NCBI GenBank assembly: GCA_973895155.1
Contig: OZ316893.1
Location: 15,468,645-15,532,644, forward strand
Direction: 5' to 3'
Source of the DNA: Marsupella aquatica
Lineage: Eukaryota > Plantae > Marchantiophyta
DNA: 64,000 nt
The notes beneath the pieces were generated by a model, which saw nothing but the letters and a program-made list of their open reading frames with translations, did no database searches and was not told the origin of the DNA. This document shows, piece by piece, positions 38,601 through 51,186 of the stretch. Numbering within the stretch: the stretch's first letter is position 1; each line of letters starts with the position of its first letter. Both the position numbers and the translations under genes were made by a program.

Positions 38601-40696
38601 ATGCAAGCGATGGGGATGCACGAAGGAGAAAGCTTATGTTGGAAGACTACTCTGGAAGTGGAATACCAGGGCCAAGGCAGGACCTAAGGTGGGAAGCTTG
38701 GAAATTGACCCACTCTATGACCACTACTGGACCATTGATCCATGCATATGGATTGCATGATCAAGATTTTATTCATAATGGGAAGAAGTTAGTGAACCCA
38801 TTGGATTCTACTTCTCGTATTTTGAAATTAGGAGCGGAAATGGCAAACCTGAGTCACATCATATCCTGTTACAAAGTGTACCTGAACAGTGATCATGGCT
38901 TGAATGAAGAGGACAAGTCAAGGAAAGACAGACAAAATTGGGCTAGTGCACAACGACTCTGTAGTCGCAAAGTACAGTCCTCCTTACGGATGCTTCGCCA
39001 ACGTGGTGATGCAAGAGTTGAACAGACTCTTGGGACAGAAGTTTACACTAGGATATGTGCAGACTACATTGACATATTTCTGAATACTAGTCTGAGTTTG
39101 CGACAGAGGATTGTCCATTGTGGGAAGGTGGGGTTCTTCTTTAGACTATGGCGTCAATGGTGCTTTCATGGAAACCATTCAGTGGGAGGGAATACACAAC
39201 CAATCAGTTTCACAAAAAATTGCATTCCCATGCAAAGTTTCCTTGACATTCAGATGTCAGTTCATTTTGTGGTCCTGTTGGTAATCCAATTCAGAGACAA
39301 TTTTTGACATCTTCCAGTGCCATTGCATTTGACTGGGTCAGATGCTTGTGAGCAGTTTTTTTCTGCTGTAGGAGGTATGAATGGTCATGAACGAAGTTAT
39401 GACTTGGCTGAGTTAGTAGAATGTGCTACCAATCGAAATCGATTGGCTGCAATGGATCTGGCAGAAGGAATGATGGGTGCAGGGAAGAGTCACAAGAAAC
39501 ATGAAAACATTTGGATGAAGCTCACTACAATCCCAGCAGGAATTCCTACTGTAGCAGATCAAATGGACTATATAGGGATTGAAACCAATGGAGAAATAGT
39601 GATTGCACTGCAAGAAGGTTTTCAGCTTGCCCAAAATGCATGCACTGAATTACAAATGAACCCTTCCACATCTTGCAAAGACAAGGTGTGGTGGAATTCC
39701 CCATGGAAGATGGAGGCTAAAGGGGTCAAGTTTGGTAGTTGGTGTGATGTGAATGTTGATACATTAGTAGATGGAGGGACAGATGTGGAGGAATCTGAGG
39801 AAGGTGAAACAACCTCTCATGAGCCTGCATCCTCATCTACTTCAACAGAAGTTGTAGAGCCTGAGGACTCTGAGTTACCTGTCCCAACAGAACAACTTTT
39901 GATATATGTAGACCCAGATGTAGAGGGAGTTGCTGCTCAAATGGAGGCCACCATGGGGATCATGCATTCTGACTTGATATATGGAGCAGCAACACAAGAT
40001 GTGAAGCCAACCGTTGAATACCAAAATCGGTCCATTTACAAAAGTACTTTGGTCAGCCAACTGACCCACAACCCTCTCCTCAGCAAAGACAGATTGACTC
40101 GGATAAAGCAAAATCACTACTTCAATAATTTAGTGGACAAACCCAATGTTAGGGCAGGTGTTCAAACAATGTTTGTAACAGTAGGTTCAGATTGTGGAGT
40201 ACTATTCTTGGATGATACATACAGTGCTCGTGAAACTAGAAGTTCAGAAGCAATTTCACGAACATTGAGAGGAAAAGGACAAAGAAAGAGAGGAAGCAGC
40301 AGATCAGATGATTTTGTTCCAAATCCGAAGAGGCCAAGAGGTGCAGCTGTGGCAATGTATTCAACTACAACACCAAAATATATGTGGTGGATAGGCAGAA
40401 TACAAAGTATACACAAAAAATATGGTGGGAAACAGGACAGAGCAAGAGGTGAATTGGATTTGCTTGATAGGCCTGGTGGTGAGGAGGCATGTAAAATTAT
40501 GTTCCAATGGTTTTCTCCAATTGGAACTAGTAGGCATAAATTTGCCTACAATGTGTGTGATCCACAATTTATCGATTTGGACTGTGTCATATCAACAGTC
40601 CACTTGACAGTGGATCCACTATGCCCAGGAGTTTTTCAATTGCATCCAGATGATGCAGTTTCTCTTGATAATTTTGCCAAAAACAAAATTCAGTAA
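35685..40696 (+). pseudogene. P-element-like (THAP9-related) DDE transposase, ~1,530 codons after repair; disabled by a MITE insertion and one in-frame TGA
   Basis: Joining 35685-37816, 38122-38163 and 38281-40696 (117-nt GT-AG intron 38164-38280; TGA at 39305) gives one frame. Motifs in order: LAEDET, GFCG, HASDGD, DQDFIHNGKKLVN, DRQNWASAQRL, GSDACEQFFS. These parallel the P-element motifs DE, SD, DxxHxxKxxRN and QDxxExFF. Two N-terminal CxxC...H-x5-H zinc fingers. Confidence 0.75.
37817..38113. mobile_element. 297-bp MITE inserted in the P-like transposase CDS
   Basis: TIRs CTCGGGGGTTTCAC / GTGAGACCCCTGAG (12 of 14 match). Perfect 8-bp TSD ATTCCATG (37809-37816 and 38114-38121). Removal restores HGPIPCFLAEDET. 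Confidence 0.93.
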
Positions 40697-41020
40697 TCTT
40701 ATATATGTAACAGGGTAAGCAATTTTCAGTGTTTATGCATGTATCTTTTAAGTTTCTGATTGCTATGAAAGGCTTTTGAATGAGATTTTGATCCTGCCTC
40801 TGACATTTCAATCCTTGTTGGATCACAGAGTTGACAGGGAAATTATCCACCATGTCTAAGTAACAATTTCAGTCAAAGAAGATGTTATGGTATTACTCCC
40901 ATATTTCTCAGTATTGATTTCCTTGTGTTATGAGTATTGTCTAGAATCAATTATTAATGTGTGGTTTGATAAATCAGGTTCAGAAGAAATTGCCAAGAAC
41001 TTTGCCATCATTTGGTGTGA

Positions 41021-41120
41021 AGGATGAAGGCATTACCTGGTTTGGATAGGTCAGGATGAAGGCATTACCTGGTTGGTTAGCTCAGGATGAAGGCATTACC
41101 TGGTTGGTTAGCTCAGGATG
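41021..41120. repeat. 31-bp tandem repeat x3 in the 3' region of the P-like element
   Basis: aggatgaaggcattacctggttggttagctc units start at 41021, 41053 and 41084, with a partial unit at 41115. Confidence 0.9.
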
Positions 41121-44100
41121 GAAGAATTTAGCATGAGTGTATATGCAATTGTTCCTCTAGGGTACTAGAGCATCATATTCACTTTCTTAGATGTAGTATT
41201 AGTTTAGTTCACCTTTCGGCATGATGTCTATAAGTAACCTGATATATTATTATCTGGTACTAGTTTTGTTTACCTATATAAAAGGTGTAGCCTGTGTAAG
41301 ATCAAGTTTTTGATGCAAAACAATATCAATATGCATAATCTATATTTATGATTCTGAATCGTTTGCATGTTTATATAGCATTCATACTTTTAAAAAGTCA
41401 AGGGTGTTTTCAATTATTTGGAAACCTCTTTTATAAGTTACTCAAGGGTCAAATTTAATAGTAAAAATTAATATTTTTATATTAACAAGAGATATTTTAA
41501 TGAAGAAAAAAATATTAAGAAGGGGTACAAGGGGGGGTCTGTTCTCAGGGGGGTTCACTTAATATACTAAGAGTGAGGGCCCAGGGGCAATTACCTTCCT
41601 CGCATAACTGCTCTACGTCAACCATAGCTTGCCAGCCTCCAAGTCCCTAGTGATCTCCATACCCAAAATCCTCTTAGCTGGCCCTAAGTCCTTCATCTTA
41701 AACTCTGCACTAAGTAGTGCCTTGAGCTTAACAATCTCAGACCTATCCTTGGCCGCAATTAGCATGTCATCCACATAAAGTACTAAAACAATGAACCCAA
41801 AGACAACATTCTTTACCGGTTTAAGATACACACATGGGTCAAACACACTCCTGTGAAAGCCTTGTGCATGAATCCAATCATCAAACCGCTTATTCCACTG
41901 GCTTGGTGACTGCTTCAACCCGTACAAGGATCTCAGCAATCTACAAACCAAATCCTCTTGCCCTTTCTTCACAAAACCTAGCGGCTGTCTCATGAAGATT
42001 ACCTCTTCCAAGGTGCCATAGAGGAAAGCTGTGACAACATCCATTTGATCTAGCAACAGACCAAACATAACAACAAGCACACACAATAGCCGTATTGTTG
42101 AGTACTTAGCAACTGATGAGAAGACCTCATTATAATCCACACCTTTTTCTTGTGTGAATCCCTTGGCTACCAACCTAGCCTTGTAGACCTTCGATCCACC
42201 TCCTATGGACTAATCCTTCAGCTTGTATATCCACTTGCTGTCCACCACTTGCTGTCCCTTAGGCAGCTTGACAAGCTCCCAAGTTTTGTTGTCCTTCAGT
42301 GACTGCATCTCCATTTGCATTGCTGCAGTCCACTCCTGCTTCTCCTTTGAAGCACTTGCTTCATGAAATGAAGAAGGTTCACCTTCTTCCAAAATCAACG
42401 CATCACCCTCATCGTCAGTAACAAAATCCTCCTCTTGCAACTGAGATGAATCAACCCACTATCCATACCTTGGTGGAGCGCGTACAGTGCGACCAGATGC
42501 TCTTCTAGCCGATGACTGCGGTTGATCTGCGTGTGCTGGTACAATTTGAAGCTCAACAGCATCCACTTGCTGCTCACCAGCATCAACAAACTCCTCTGGT
42601 TCCTCTGGCACAGGAACCAACTCCATAAACTCCATCAACAAACTCCTTCTCTCCGGTCATGCACCTCATGACCAATCTCCCCCTCAACGAGATCCGGGAT
42701 AGGAGATTTTCCTTTGTCAGTACGGGAGACCTGAGTATTCTCCCCCTCTTTCAATAATCTGGATTCATTGAAGAAAACATCCCTACTGACAACGAGCTTA
42801 CAGGCAATAGGATCCCATAGCCTATAGGCTTTCACACCACTTTGGTACCCAAGAAAAACACATTTTTTGGAGGTAGGATCCAACTTGGTCCTATTCTACT
42901 TTGGTGTGAAAGCATATGCATCACTTTCAAAAACTACCAAGCCATGATAGTCTGCTTGCCGCTTATAGCGCATCTCAAATGGCATTTTGAAATTGATAGC
43001 ACTAGAAGGAGAAAGATTTACCAAATAAGTTGCGGTATTGACAGCTTCTGCCCAAAATTCCTGTGATAAACCTGATTGGCTCAACATACTCCGCGACCAC
43101 TCCAATAGTGTCTGATTGAGCCTCTCAGCGACACCATTCTGCTGCGGAGTATAAACTATGGTGAGATGGTGAGTTATCCCCTGTTCTGAACAGTACTCTT
43201 CAAATTCCACTGAAGTGTACTCCCCGCCGTTGTCTGACCTCAGACTCTTCACCCTTGTATCCAAACACTTGACCGTGTTTCCAGTTTGATTCTCCACCTG
43301 GGCCTTCCACTTCTTAAAAATGGACAAGACAGATCAGACTTAAGCGTCATGAAATAAATCCACACAAATCTTGAGTAATCGTCAATAAATGATACATAGT
43401 ACAACTTTCCAGAGTGTGAGGGAGTTGGGGATGGATCCCACACGTCACTATGTATGTACTCAAGAACCGCTTTGGAACGATGAGTTCCAACATCGAAAGC
43501 ACGACGATGCTGCTTTCCAAGAATGCAATGCTCACAAAACTCTAATTTACAAGATTGCAAATCAGAGATGAGTCTATTCTTCCGTAAGATAGCCAAACCC
43601 TTCTCACTCATGTGGCCTAGCCGTGAATATATGCCACAATTGAGTCATCTCCTTGTGAGACTTGGTTACATTGGCCTCTCCACATACAGTATTGCCTTGC
43701 AACATATACAAATTCTTTTGTCTGCTCCCTGACCTGACTGACTTGAAGTTCACCATCAACAACGCTCCATTGATGACCATTTGAATCCAACACACCGAGT
43801 GAAATCAAATTCTTACGCATGCCAGGTACATACCTGACTCAGACACTGTGCGCACAGTGCCATCAAACATTTGAATCTTCACAGACCCAATACCCTCTAT
43901 TTGACAAGAGTGATCATTTCCCATCAGAACTGAACCGTTTGAAATAGAGTAAGAATGAAAAACTCATGAATGTAACAAATGTGAAAAGAGCAAGCACAAT
44001 CAAGAATCCACACATCATCTACTCTCCGAAGTGACATGCACAGGGCATACCCCTGGCTTCATAATACATACTCATCATTGAGTAAATCATCATCTCCATC

Positions 44101-44155
44101 AGCCCTAGCCACATTTGCCGATGAAGATTTAGTTGCCTTTCCCTTACAGTCTCAA

Positions 44156-45363
44156 CATGATTTCCGACCAAACGAGAACTATTTTCGCATGCAAACGAGA
44201 AGTGTGTTTTCATTTTCCACCAAATCTCGCGAAATCGGTGGTTTTTTTTATCAAAAACAGGTTTTGGGGGAAATAATGTAATCTGTATCGGAGTTTGGAT
44301 TGAATCAGGAAATTCAGGAATGGAACCCTAAACCTATATCGGACTTCGGATTTCAACCATGAAAGTTTTGACCGAATCTCAATTTCCCCAGTTTTTGGTT
44401 ATTTACCGTAATTATTTTACATCACAGTCGATAAGAAATTACCGCACAGTTTGTCAAAATTACCTTGCAGTTATCTCCACAATTGACCATAGTAACCACA
44501 TACATGCATAGTCAATATGCCGTTGTCTCAACAACAATGCGCAGTCCGATAAAATTATCGTGGCAACTCCGAACGGCAAAAATACTTGCCAACAATACTA
44601 AGATCCTTCGGTTCATCGGTTAAATTTCAAAATTGCAACTATCCATATTAAGAAAACACTTTTTGCAATACCAACATCAGATAAATTTATCGCTGCAATT
44701 TCAAAATTGCAACTTTCCATATGAAGGAAACACTTTTTGCAATACCAACATCAGATAGATTTATCGCTTAAATTTCAAAACTACATAATTTCTCCACGAT
44801 GCACGTGTAAGAATCAAATTGGAAATCCAAGAAGTATACCCTTCTTTGCTATTTTGTCGTTTAGTGAGACGGCCAATCAAAAGTGGCCACGTGGGCCAAC
44901 CCCTCAACAGACACTATAAAAGGGCCACCGCCGATAAGTTTTTGGCGTCATTATCGAGAGTAGAGTTTCTCAAGTTGTGTTCTTGGAGCAACATTTTGTC
45001 GGTTGAGCCATTCGTTTTCCCTGATTGAGGGAGGAATGCAAAGCCCCATAGTGTCTCGAATAGCCATGTCTCAATCAGACACAAATTCACCTTCAAGTTC
45101 AGTTGAATCCTCTCCTAATGTTGTCGCTCGTTGTTTGCCAAGTTGCATACTTAAAGCTCTACCTCTCTCACAGCAGATAGTGCCCAAATTTTCTAACGCT
45201 GATGCAAGTTCTGGTCCTGAGCCCAGTTCTTACTATGTGTCGCCTAGTACACCTGAGAAGCGTCGTCTCTTGAGCGTTCCATCGCCAAGGAATGAGAAAA
45301 TTACAATCCCAGGTTTAGGTCTGAGACGCGCTTCAGGCCATCCATCCCGGGTTATGGAGAGGA
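44156..45363 (+). mobile_element. Left end (1.2 kb) of a DNA transposon, copy 1, interrupted by a second copy of the same family
   Basis: Begins CATGATTTCCGACC exactly where the Copia gag breaks. It is colinear with 45365-46833 and stops at ...gttatggagagga, where copy 2 starts. Confidence 0.75.
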
Positions 45364-47559
45364 ACACGATTTCGGACCGAACGAGAACTATTTCCTCTAA
45401 ACGAGAAGTGTATTTTCATTTTCCGCCGAATCTTCCAAAATTGGCAGTTTTTTTCATCAAAAACACGTTTTTGGGGAAATAATGTAATTCGTATCGGAGT
45501 TCAGATTAAAATAGCAAATTTAATAATGATCAAAACCAATGAAATTCATGCTAACAAACATTCATATTATCAAGGAACAATTAGATCTGAAAAACTTTCT
45601 CCTCAACCTCATATTCACGCTCTCCAAAAATATATGAACTTAGGTCTTATCTATAAATCCATATCCACGTTTCGAGCCAAGTGCGATAACTGTATCGGAC
45701 TCCGGATTTGAGCCATGAAAGCTCCGACCCAATCTCAGTTTTCTCAGTTTTTTGATATTTACCAAAAATATTTTACATCACAGTCGATAAGAATTACTGC
45801 ACGGTTCGTCAAACTTACCTTGCAGTTACCTCCGCAATTGACCAGTTACCTCCGCAATTGACCAGTTACCTCCGCAAGTGACCATAGTCAACATGCCATT
45901 CTTTCAACAGCAATGCGCAGTCCGATAAAATTATCGTGAAAACTACAGGCGACAAAAATACTAGTCGACAATACTAAGATCCTCCGGTTCATCGGTTAAA
46001 TTTCAAAATTCCTATCCATATGAAGAAAACTCTTTGCAATACCAACATCAGATAAATTTATCGCTTCAATTTCAAAATTGCAACTTCCATATGAAGGAAC
46101 CACTTTTGCAATACCAACATCAGATAAATTTATCGCTTCAATTTCAAATTGCAACTTCCATATGAAGGAACCACTTTTGCAATACCAACATCAGATAAAT
46201 TTATTGCTTCAATTTCAAAACTATATAATTTTGCCACGATGCACGTGTGAGAATGAAATTGGAAATCCAAGAAATATACCCTTTTCTGCTATTTTGTCGT
46301 TTAGGGTGACAGCCAATCAAAAGTGGACACATGGGCCAACCCCTCAACAGACACTATAAAAGGGCCATCGCCGATAAGTTTTTGGCGTCATTATCGAGAG
46401 TAGAGTTTTGGGAGTTGTGTTCTTGGAGCAACATTCTGTCCGTTGAGCCTTTCGTTTTCCCTGATTGCGGGAGGAATGCAAAGCCCCATAGTGTCTCGGA
46501 TAGCCATGTCTCAATCAGACACAGATTCACCTTCCAGTTCAGTTGAATCCTCTCCTTCCAGTTCAGTTGAATCCTCTCCTAATCTTGTCGCTCGCTATTT
46601 GCCAGGTCGCATACTTAAAGCTCTACCTCTCTCACAGCAAATAGTGCCCAAAATCTCTGACTCAGATTTTGATGCAAGTTCTGGTCCTGAGCCTAGTGCT
46701 TACTATGTGTCGCCTAGTAAACCTGAGAAGCGTCGTCTCTTGAGCGTTCCATCGCCAAGAAATGAGAAACTTTCAATCCCAAGTTTAGGTCCAAGACGTC
46801 ACTTCAGGCCATCCATCCCGGGTTATGGAGAGGATATCCGGCAACCGATACGCATATCGCAATCGGCATTCAAGTCGCCACATTCAACACAAGTTCAATG
46901 ACGGATCTTTCAGTCTCCGGGTGAGGATCGGGACACAAAAATACAAAGACCGATACGGCGATCGGTCTTTGCATTGCCTGGACTGGATGTGCGAGCAAGC
47001 GAGGGAATCGGACTGCGAAGTTCAGACTCGGCCCTTTCTCGAATGGTCCGTGGGAATCGTGGTGAACAAGTGCTCAATTTTCCAGCAACTCGCGGAGTCG
47101 TTGGGACTGCACGTGCGAATCCAGAATCTCCAAGTTCTCAAGGGCGGACTGTCATTGGTTCTAGGCTCCAAGTATCGAGGAGAGGTCTTAGTGGCGTTTG
47201 GGTTATGTATAGAGAGCCACGGAGTCCAATTGTGTTTTCAGATGAGTCGAGTGCATCGGAGGACAAAGATGAGGAAGGAGATAGAGAATCCAATATAATA
47301 GCACAAGTTGTGTCTGAATGTTTAGAAGGAGCTGTCAAAGAGAATAGTTATAGTCGTCTATTTAGTGCCCCTCTAAATGCGTCAAGGAGATCTATAGAGG
47401 ATGGTAGCTCAGCAGAGAGTGATGCATCTATTCGCGAGGCACCTGAAGGACCCGAAAATGCCAATGTTATGAACGGATTTCAGGCTGTAGAGAAGTCAAA
47501 TGAGCCTAGTAAAAAAGATAGGGACCAAATTACTAGGAAAGACAATGTGACAAATGACA

Positions 47560-48180
47560 AATTGAATAGAAACAAAATGAGATAAATTCATAAGTATTCG
47601 TGTTGTGATAATTACTGTCTGAGGAATTTGGGTCTGCTAGCCGTGACGAAACAACGCACTTATTACTATGGGCTATCCTACCCAGAGAAGAATGTCCTTC
47701 TAAGAGGATGTGTGAAGGGTGAGCATGCTGGTGCAAGTGGTTACTCAGTTAGCGGTAGATCCTTTTGTCGGAGTGGTTTTAAGAAATTATTTTCACTAGG
47801 AAATAATCGTCTCCAAAAAATCTCGTAGAACATGTTTTCTCGGATACAGATCGGTACAGTTTGTCGAGAAAAATCACCCGCACATCTTGGTCTCGTCCAA
47901 TGGCTGGATGATTTTTTTTCCACAAATGTCGAGAGTCTTCCCAACAAGGATATCTTTCATTTACCTGACAATTGGACAAAAACAGAAGTTTTTGATGCCT
48001 GCCAGTCTGAAACTCTAATGCGCCAAGAACAAGGCATGACATATTCGTGGTTTGTTCGCATTTGGAACAAGGAGTTTCCTCGTGTGCGCATCCCCAAAAG
48101 GAGCCGTTTCTCCACCTGCGCCCCGTGTATTGAATTCAAAGCACTCCGTGACAAGGCAACACTCGAAGCAGAAAAGAGTA
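47560..48180 (+). pseudogene. N-terminal part of a Sola-like (DUF7869-associated type) transposase, truncated before the catalytic domain
   Basis: YSVSGRSFCRSGFKKLFSLGNNRL, then after a stop WLDDFF...HLP...YSWFVRIWNKEFPRVRIPKRSRFSTCAPC. These resemble the VCxxxF..lgI..rl and FxxxW...F...CxxC motifs of Sola-type transposases. Confidence 0.55.
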
Positions 48181-48470
48181 AGTTTCTAAACTTGTGTGTT
48201 ACTCCCGATAATTTTATCGGGTTGAGTATTCATGTGCTTCTTCTTTGGTCATGTGAGTGAATATATCGTTTGAACAGTTTGAATACTAAACCTGATAAAT
48301 TTATCGTTGTCACAGTTTTTCATTACGGTCTTGTGTTTGAATACTGAACCTGATAAATTTATCGTTGTCAGGGTTTATCATTACGGTCTCGTGTTTGAAT
48401 ACTGAACTTCCCCGACACAAAACATTTACTCAACTGACACAATTGACATCATTGTTGTTAGGCGGTTTCG

Positions 48471-51186
48471 ATGGATACTGAGGCTCCATCGACAGTTGAT
48501 GGAGTCGTGGGTGTCGAATCGATACAAAACACGGTAGAACCACAGGTCCCAGTCAATGTACTTGGTAAACGTAGTGCAAAGAAACCTTCTAAGGTAGCAA
48601 CACCTCCTGCATGTGATGAGAAGCCAAAAGCCTCTAGAGGCAAGAATGTTGAGAAGCTCGTGGAGTCTTGGGATACAGCAGAGTTCCAAAAGGATGCATC
48701 TTATTTTGCATTGACGTTTGGACTCCCCGATGAAGGCGAGAATCCGTATAAGATAAGTGATATTCGTGACAATGATTTGGCTGCATGCTTTGGAGAGAAA
48801 AAAAGGAGCGGTTATAAGCTGAATAACTGCGTAGGTGTTCCCATTGAAGACATACTACATCTATCCCAAGTTGTGGATGGGTATGAGAAACCAGTGAATG
48901 GAGTTTTGGCTCATACATTTGTGAAAGGGGCCTACGCTGAGCGAGTTCTTCATAGGAAAGTCAATTGGGCAGGATATGCGGCTGCTAAGCTGAAGGGACA
49001 GATTTTGCAATGGGAGCAAGAGGGGAAAGGTAGGCCTGATGGGCCTCCTTGTGTCTAGAAGCCATGTTTCTACCAACCGCCGGTGCCTGAAGAGTTTGAT
49101 ACAGAGACTAAGGATGTAGTTCAAGCAATTCAGAGAGCCTCCGCATCAACTGATGCATCCAAGGAGTTGAAGATCTGCCTTTGGGATAATGCAGCTGGTG
49201 CGATGGACATCGGGCAGAGCAAAGCGGATACACACTTGTCTTTGGACAGTTTGGACATCCCGAAGGTTCATTTCATTCCTGAAGCTGGGCCCCCTGCACT
49301 GTTATTGGGAATTCTTGACTCTGCAATATTGTTAACAGAGATCCGACTACGTGAGACTCACCAGGATTTTGCTACGGTTGAAACAAGCTTGGAGAGACTA
49401 CATATGTCTATACGGGATCACCCAAGAACGCTTGCAAAACTCAGTGATGATTTCAGAACTAGGGAGATGGAGGTAGCTGAAGTTGGGCAGAGCATAGAGT
49501 CAACAGACAACGCAATTGAAGAACTTACGACTGAGCTTGAGCTAGAGCAAAACACAGAAGAAGTCGAGAACAATGAGGTATTAATATTTGTTGCTTAAAT
49601 TCTTGCTAAGTTTGTTTCTTAGATGTGTAAGAGAATGCATAGCGGAGCCTTTCCCTGAAGTGAAGCGTAATGTACTCTCAAGTATGTCATTGCTAGTTTG
49701 CAGCAACCACATTGTCAATCTATAGTTTTCCATGCTACGTAGCTAGACCTGTATTGCGTTCCGCATTTGTGTAACTTAACAGTGTAGACTGTTAGTCCAA
49801 CAATCAAGGTACTAGAATCTTACAATGGAAAGTGCTTCTTGTCCATGATTACAGGGGATCACTCAGTACACATTCATTTTGGAAGACCGGCTTAAGGCTG
49901 AAAAGGCAAAAATTGTGGAGTTGAAGGAGCGCCAAGGAACCGTTGTGAAGGAGTTGAACACATTGGAGCAGCTCATTGAAGTTGACCGGAAGCGGTATGA
50001 GACCTTGCCAGGGATGGTGGACCGATTGAGAAAAGTGGCTGCAGTACTGGAGTTGAAATTGAAGGAACTCAAGTTAGCCGAGGGAGCTCAAAGGTCTGAA
50101 TATTCTACTTTGGCAGCGGTACTTGGCAATCCGTGTCCGCAATTGAGACCCACCTTTGTTGCAACATCAGCTCATGCAAAGGCAACCCAAGTTACAGTAT
50201 TGGGTTGTCCAGTTTGTTGCAATGGCTATCATTGTTAAAATTGGATCCTAGCATCGTGTGGGCACACCTATCATCCAAGCTGCCTATTTCGTTTGATTGG
50301 TGGTAACTCAGAGACTGCTCCAAAGTGTTTTGCTTGTGGGACACTTTTCTCTAATGATTGGTTGCAAAGTTGGGGCTTGCCCATCAAGGGAGATCCGGAG
50401 CAGACGCGTGTTTCTTACATCGAAGACCTGAAAGAAGTGTACGGGAAGCACAGTATTCATCTTGGAAAACGAAGACAACTTGGAGAGCAAATGCAATATT
50501 TGCAACAAAGGGTACATCTACTTTTGTCTCAACTGCATTGTATTACCTCTCTACTTTGTATCAATCTTTTGTTTGCATTTATCTTCACCTACTGTAGAAA
50601 ACCCATTGCATCGGTTGAACTTCATTGAATTCATAATGCATGGCATGTGTTGACACTTGAAATAATTAAGAGAATATCTCAAGTCACAGTCATCCATCTT
50701 TTCAGATTAGAAGAAATTATGACAAAGTTGAGATTATCATCGATCAGGTGTCAGCATTCAATTTCCTCATTATTAATTTGGTTGTATGTATGTGTCCAGG
50801 AAAATGTCTATGCCCAAACAGAAATCTTCTTGAGTTCTTCAGAGGCTATCTTATGCAAACCGGCTGATGACAGTGAAGACCAGTCATCTAAAATGCCTTT
50901 CTTGACACCCAAAGTGGAGGGTGCGGATTTGAAGAAAAGACCGAGGGCTGTGGGGACTGTGGAATCCGCTAGGAAGGTGACAAGTAGATCTTTGACAAGT
51001 TTAGAGAATAACACGATGCCCTTTAACCCAGAGTCTCCATCTCAAGTTTCCTTCAAGCGGATGTTAGAACTTGTTGAGGCTGTCCCTGGACATCCAAACC
51101 CGGAATTGCCCCCACCTGATGGAGTGAAGAGTGTTTGCTCTAAACCATCAACCAAGTCCAGAAAGAAAATGGGGCTTTATCCTTGA
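48471..51186 (+). pseudogene. Multi-exon TE accessory gene: KVNWA-type domain + coiled coil + RING-H2 finger, with premature stops
   Basis: Consecutive plus-strand ORFs separated by in-frame stops and GT-AG introns. The RING-H2 pattern CPVC...(stop)...SCGHTYHPSC...CFAC lies at ~50205-50340. Confidence 0.65.

Larger units (their letters stand above)
30305..41586 (+). mobile_element. 11.3-kb cut-and-paste DNA transposon with P-element-like transposase and host-gene cargo
   Basis: TIR CCCTGGGCCCT at 30305 and AGGGCCCAGGG ending at 41586. Perfect 8-bp TSD GCAATTAC (30297-30304 and 41587-41594). Removing the element rejoins the Copia RT frame (YARKVIARFNM). Confidence 0.92.
28968..44155 (-). mobile_element. 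Ty1/Copia LTR retrotransposon, degenerate, interrupted at 30305-41586 and again at 44156 (rest of gag and 5' LTR not in window)
   Basis: Protease WILDCACSFHIC (~43980-44015), GAG-pre-integrase/integrase (CEHCILGKQHR, LRSDNGGEY, PQQNGVAER; 42635-43610), RT (QMDVVTAFL, LYGLKQS, LYVDDMLIA at 41613-42173; TRPDL at 29945-30300) and RNase H (STTEAEY, CDSQSA, KHIDVRYHF, NPAD; 29483-29911), in Copia order with several stops and frameshifts. Confidence 0.95.
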
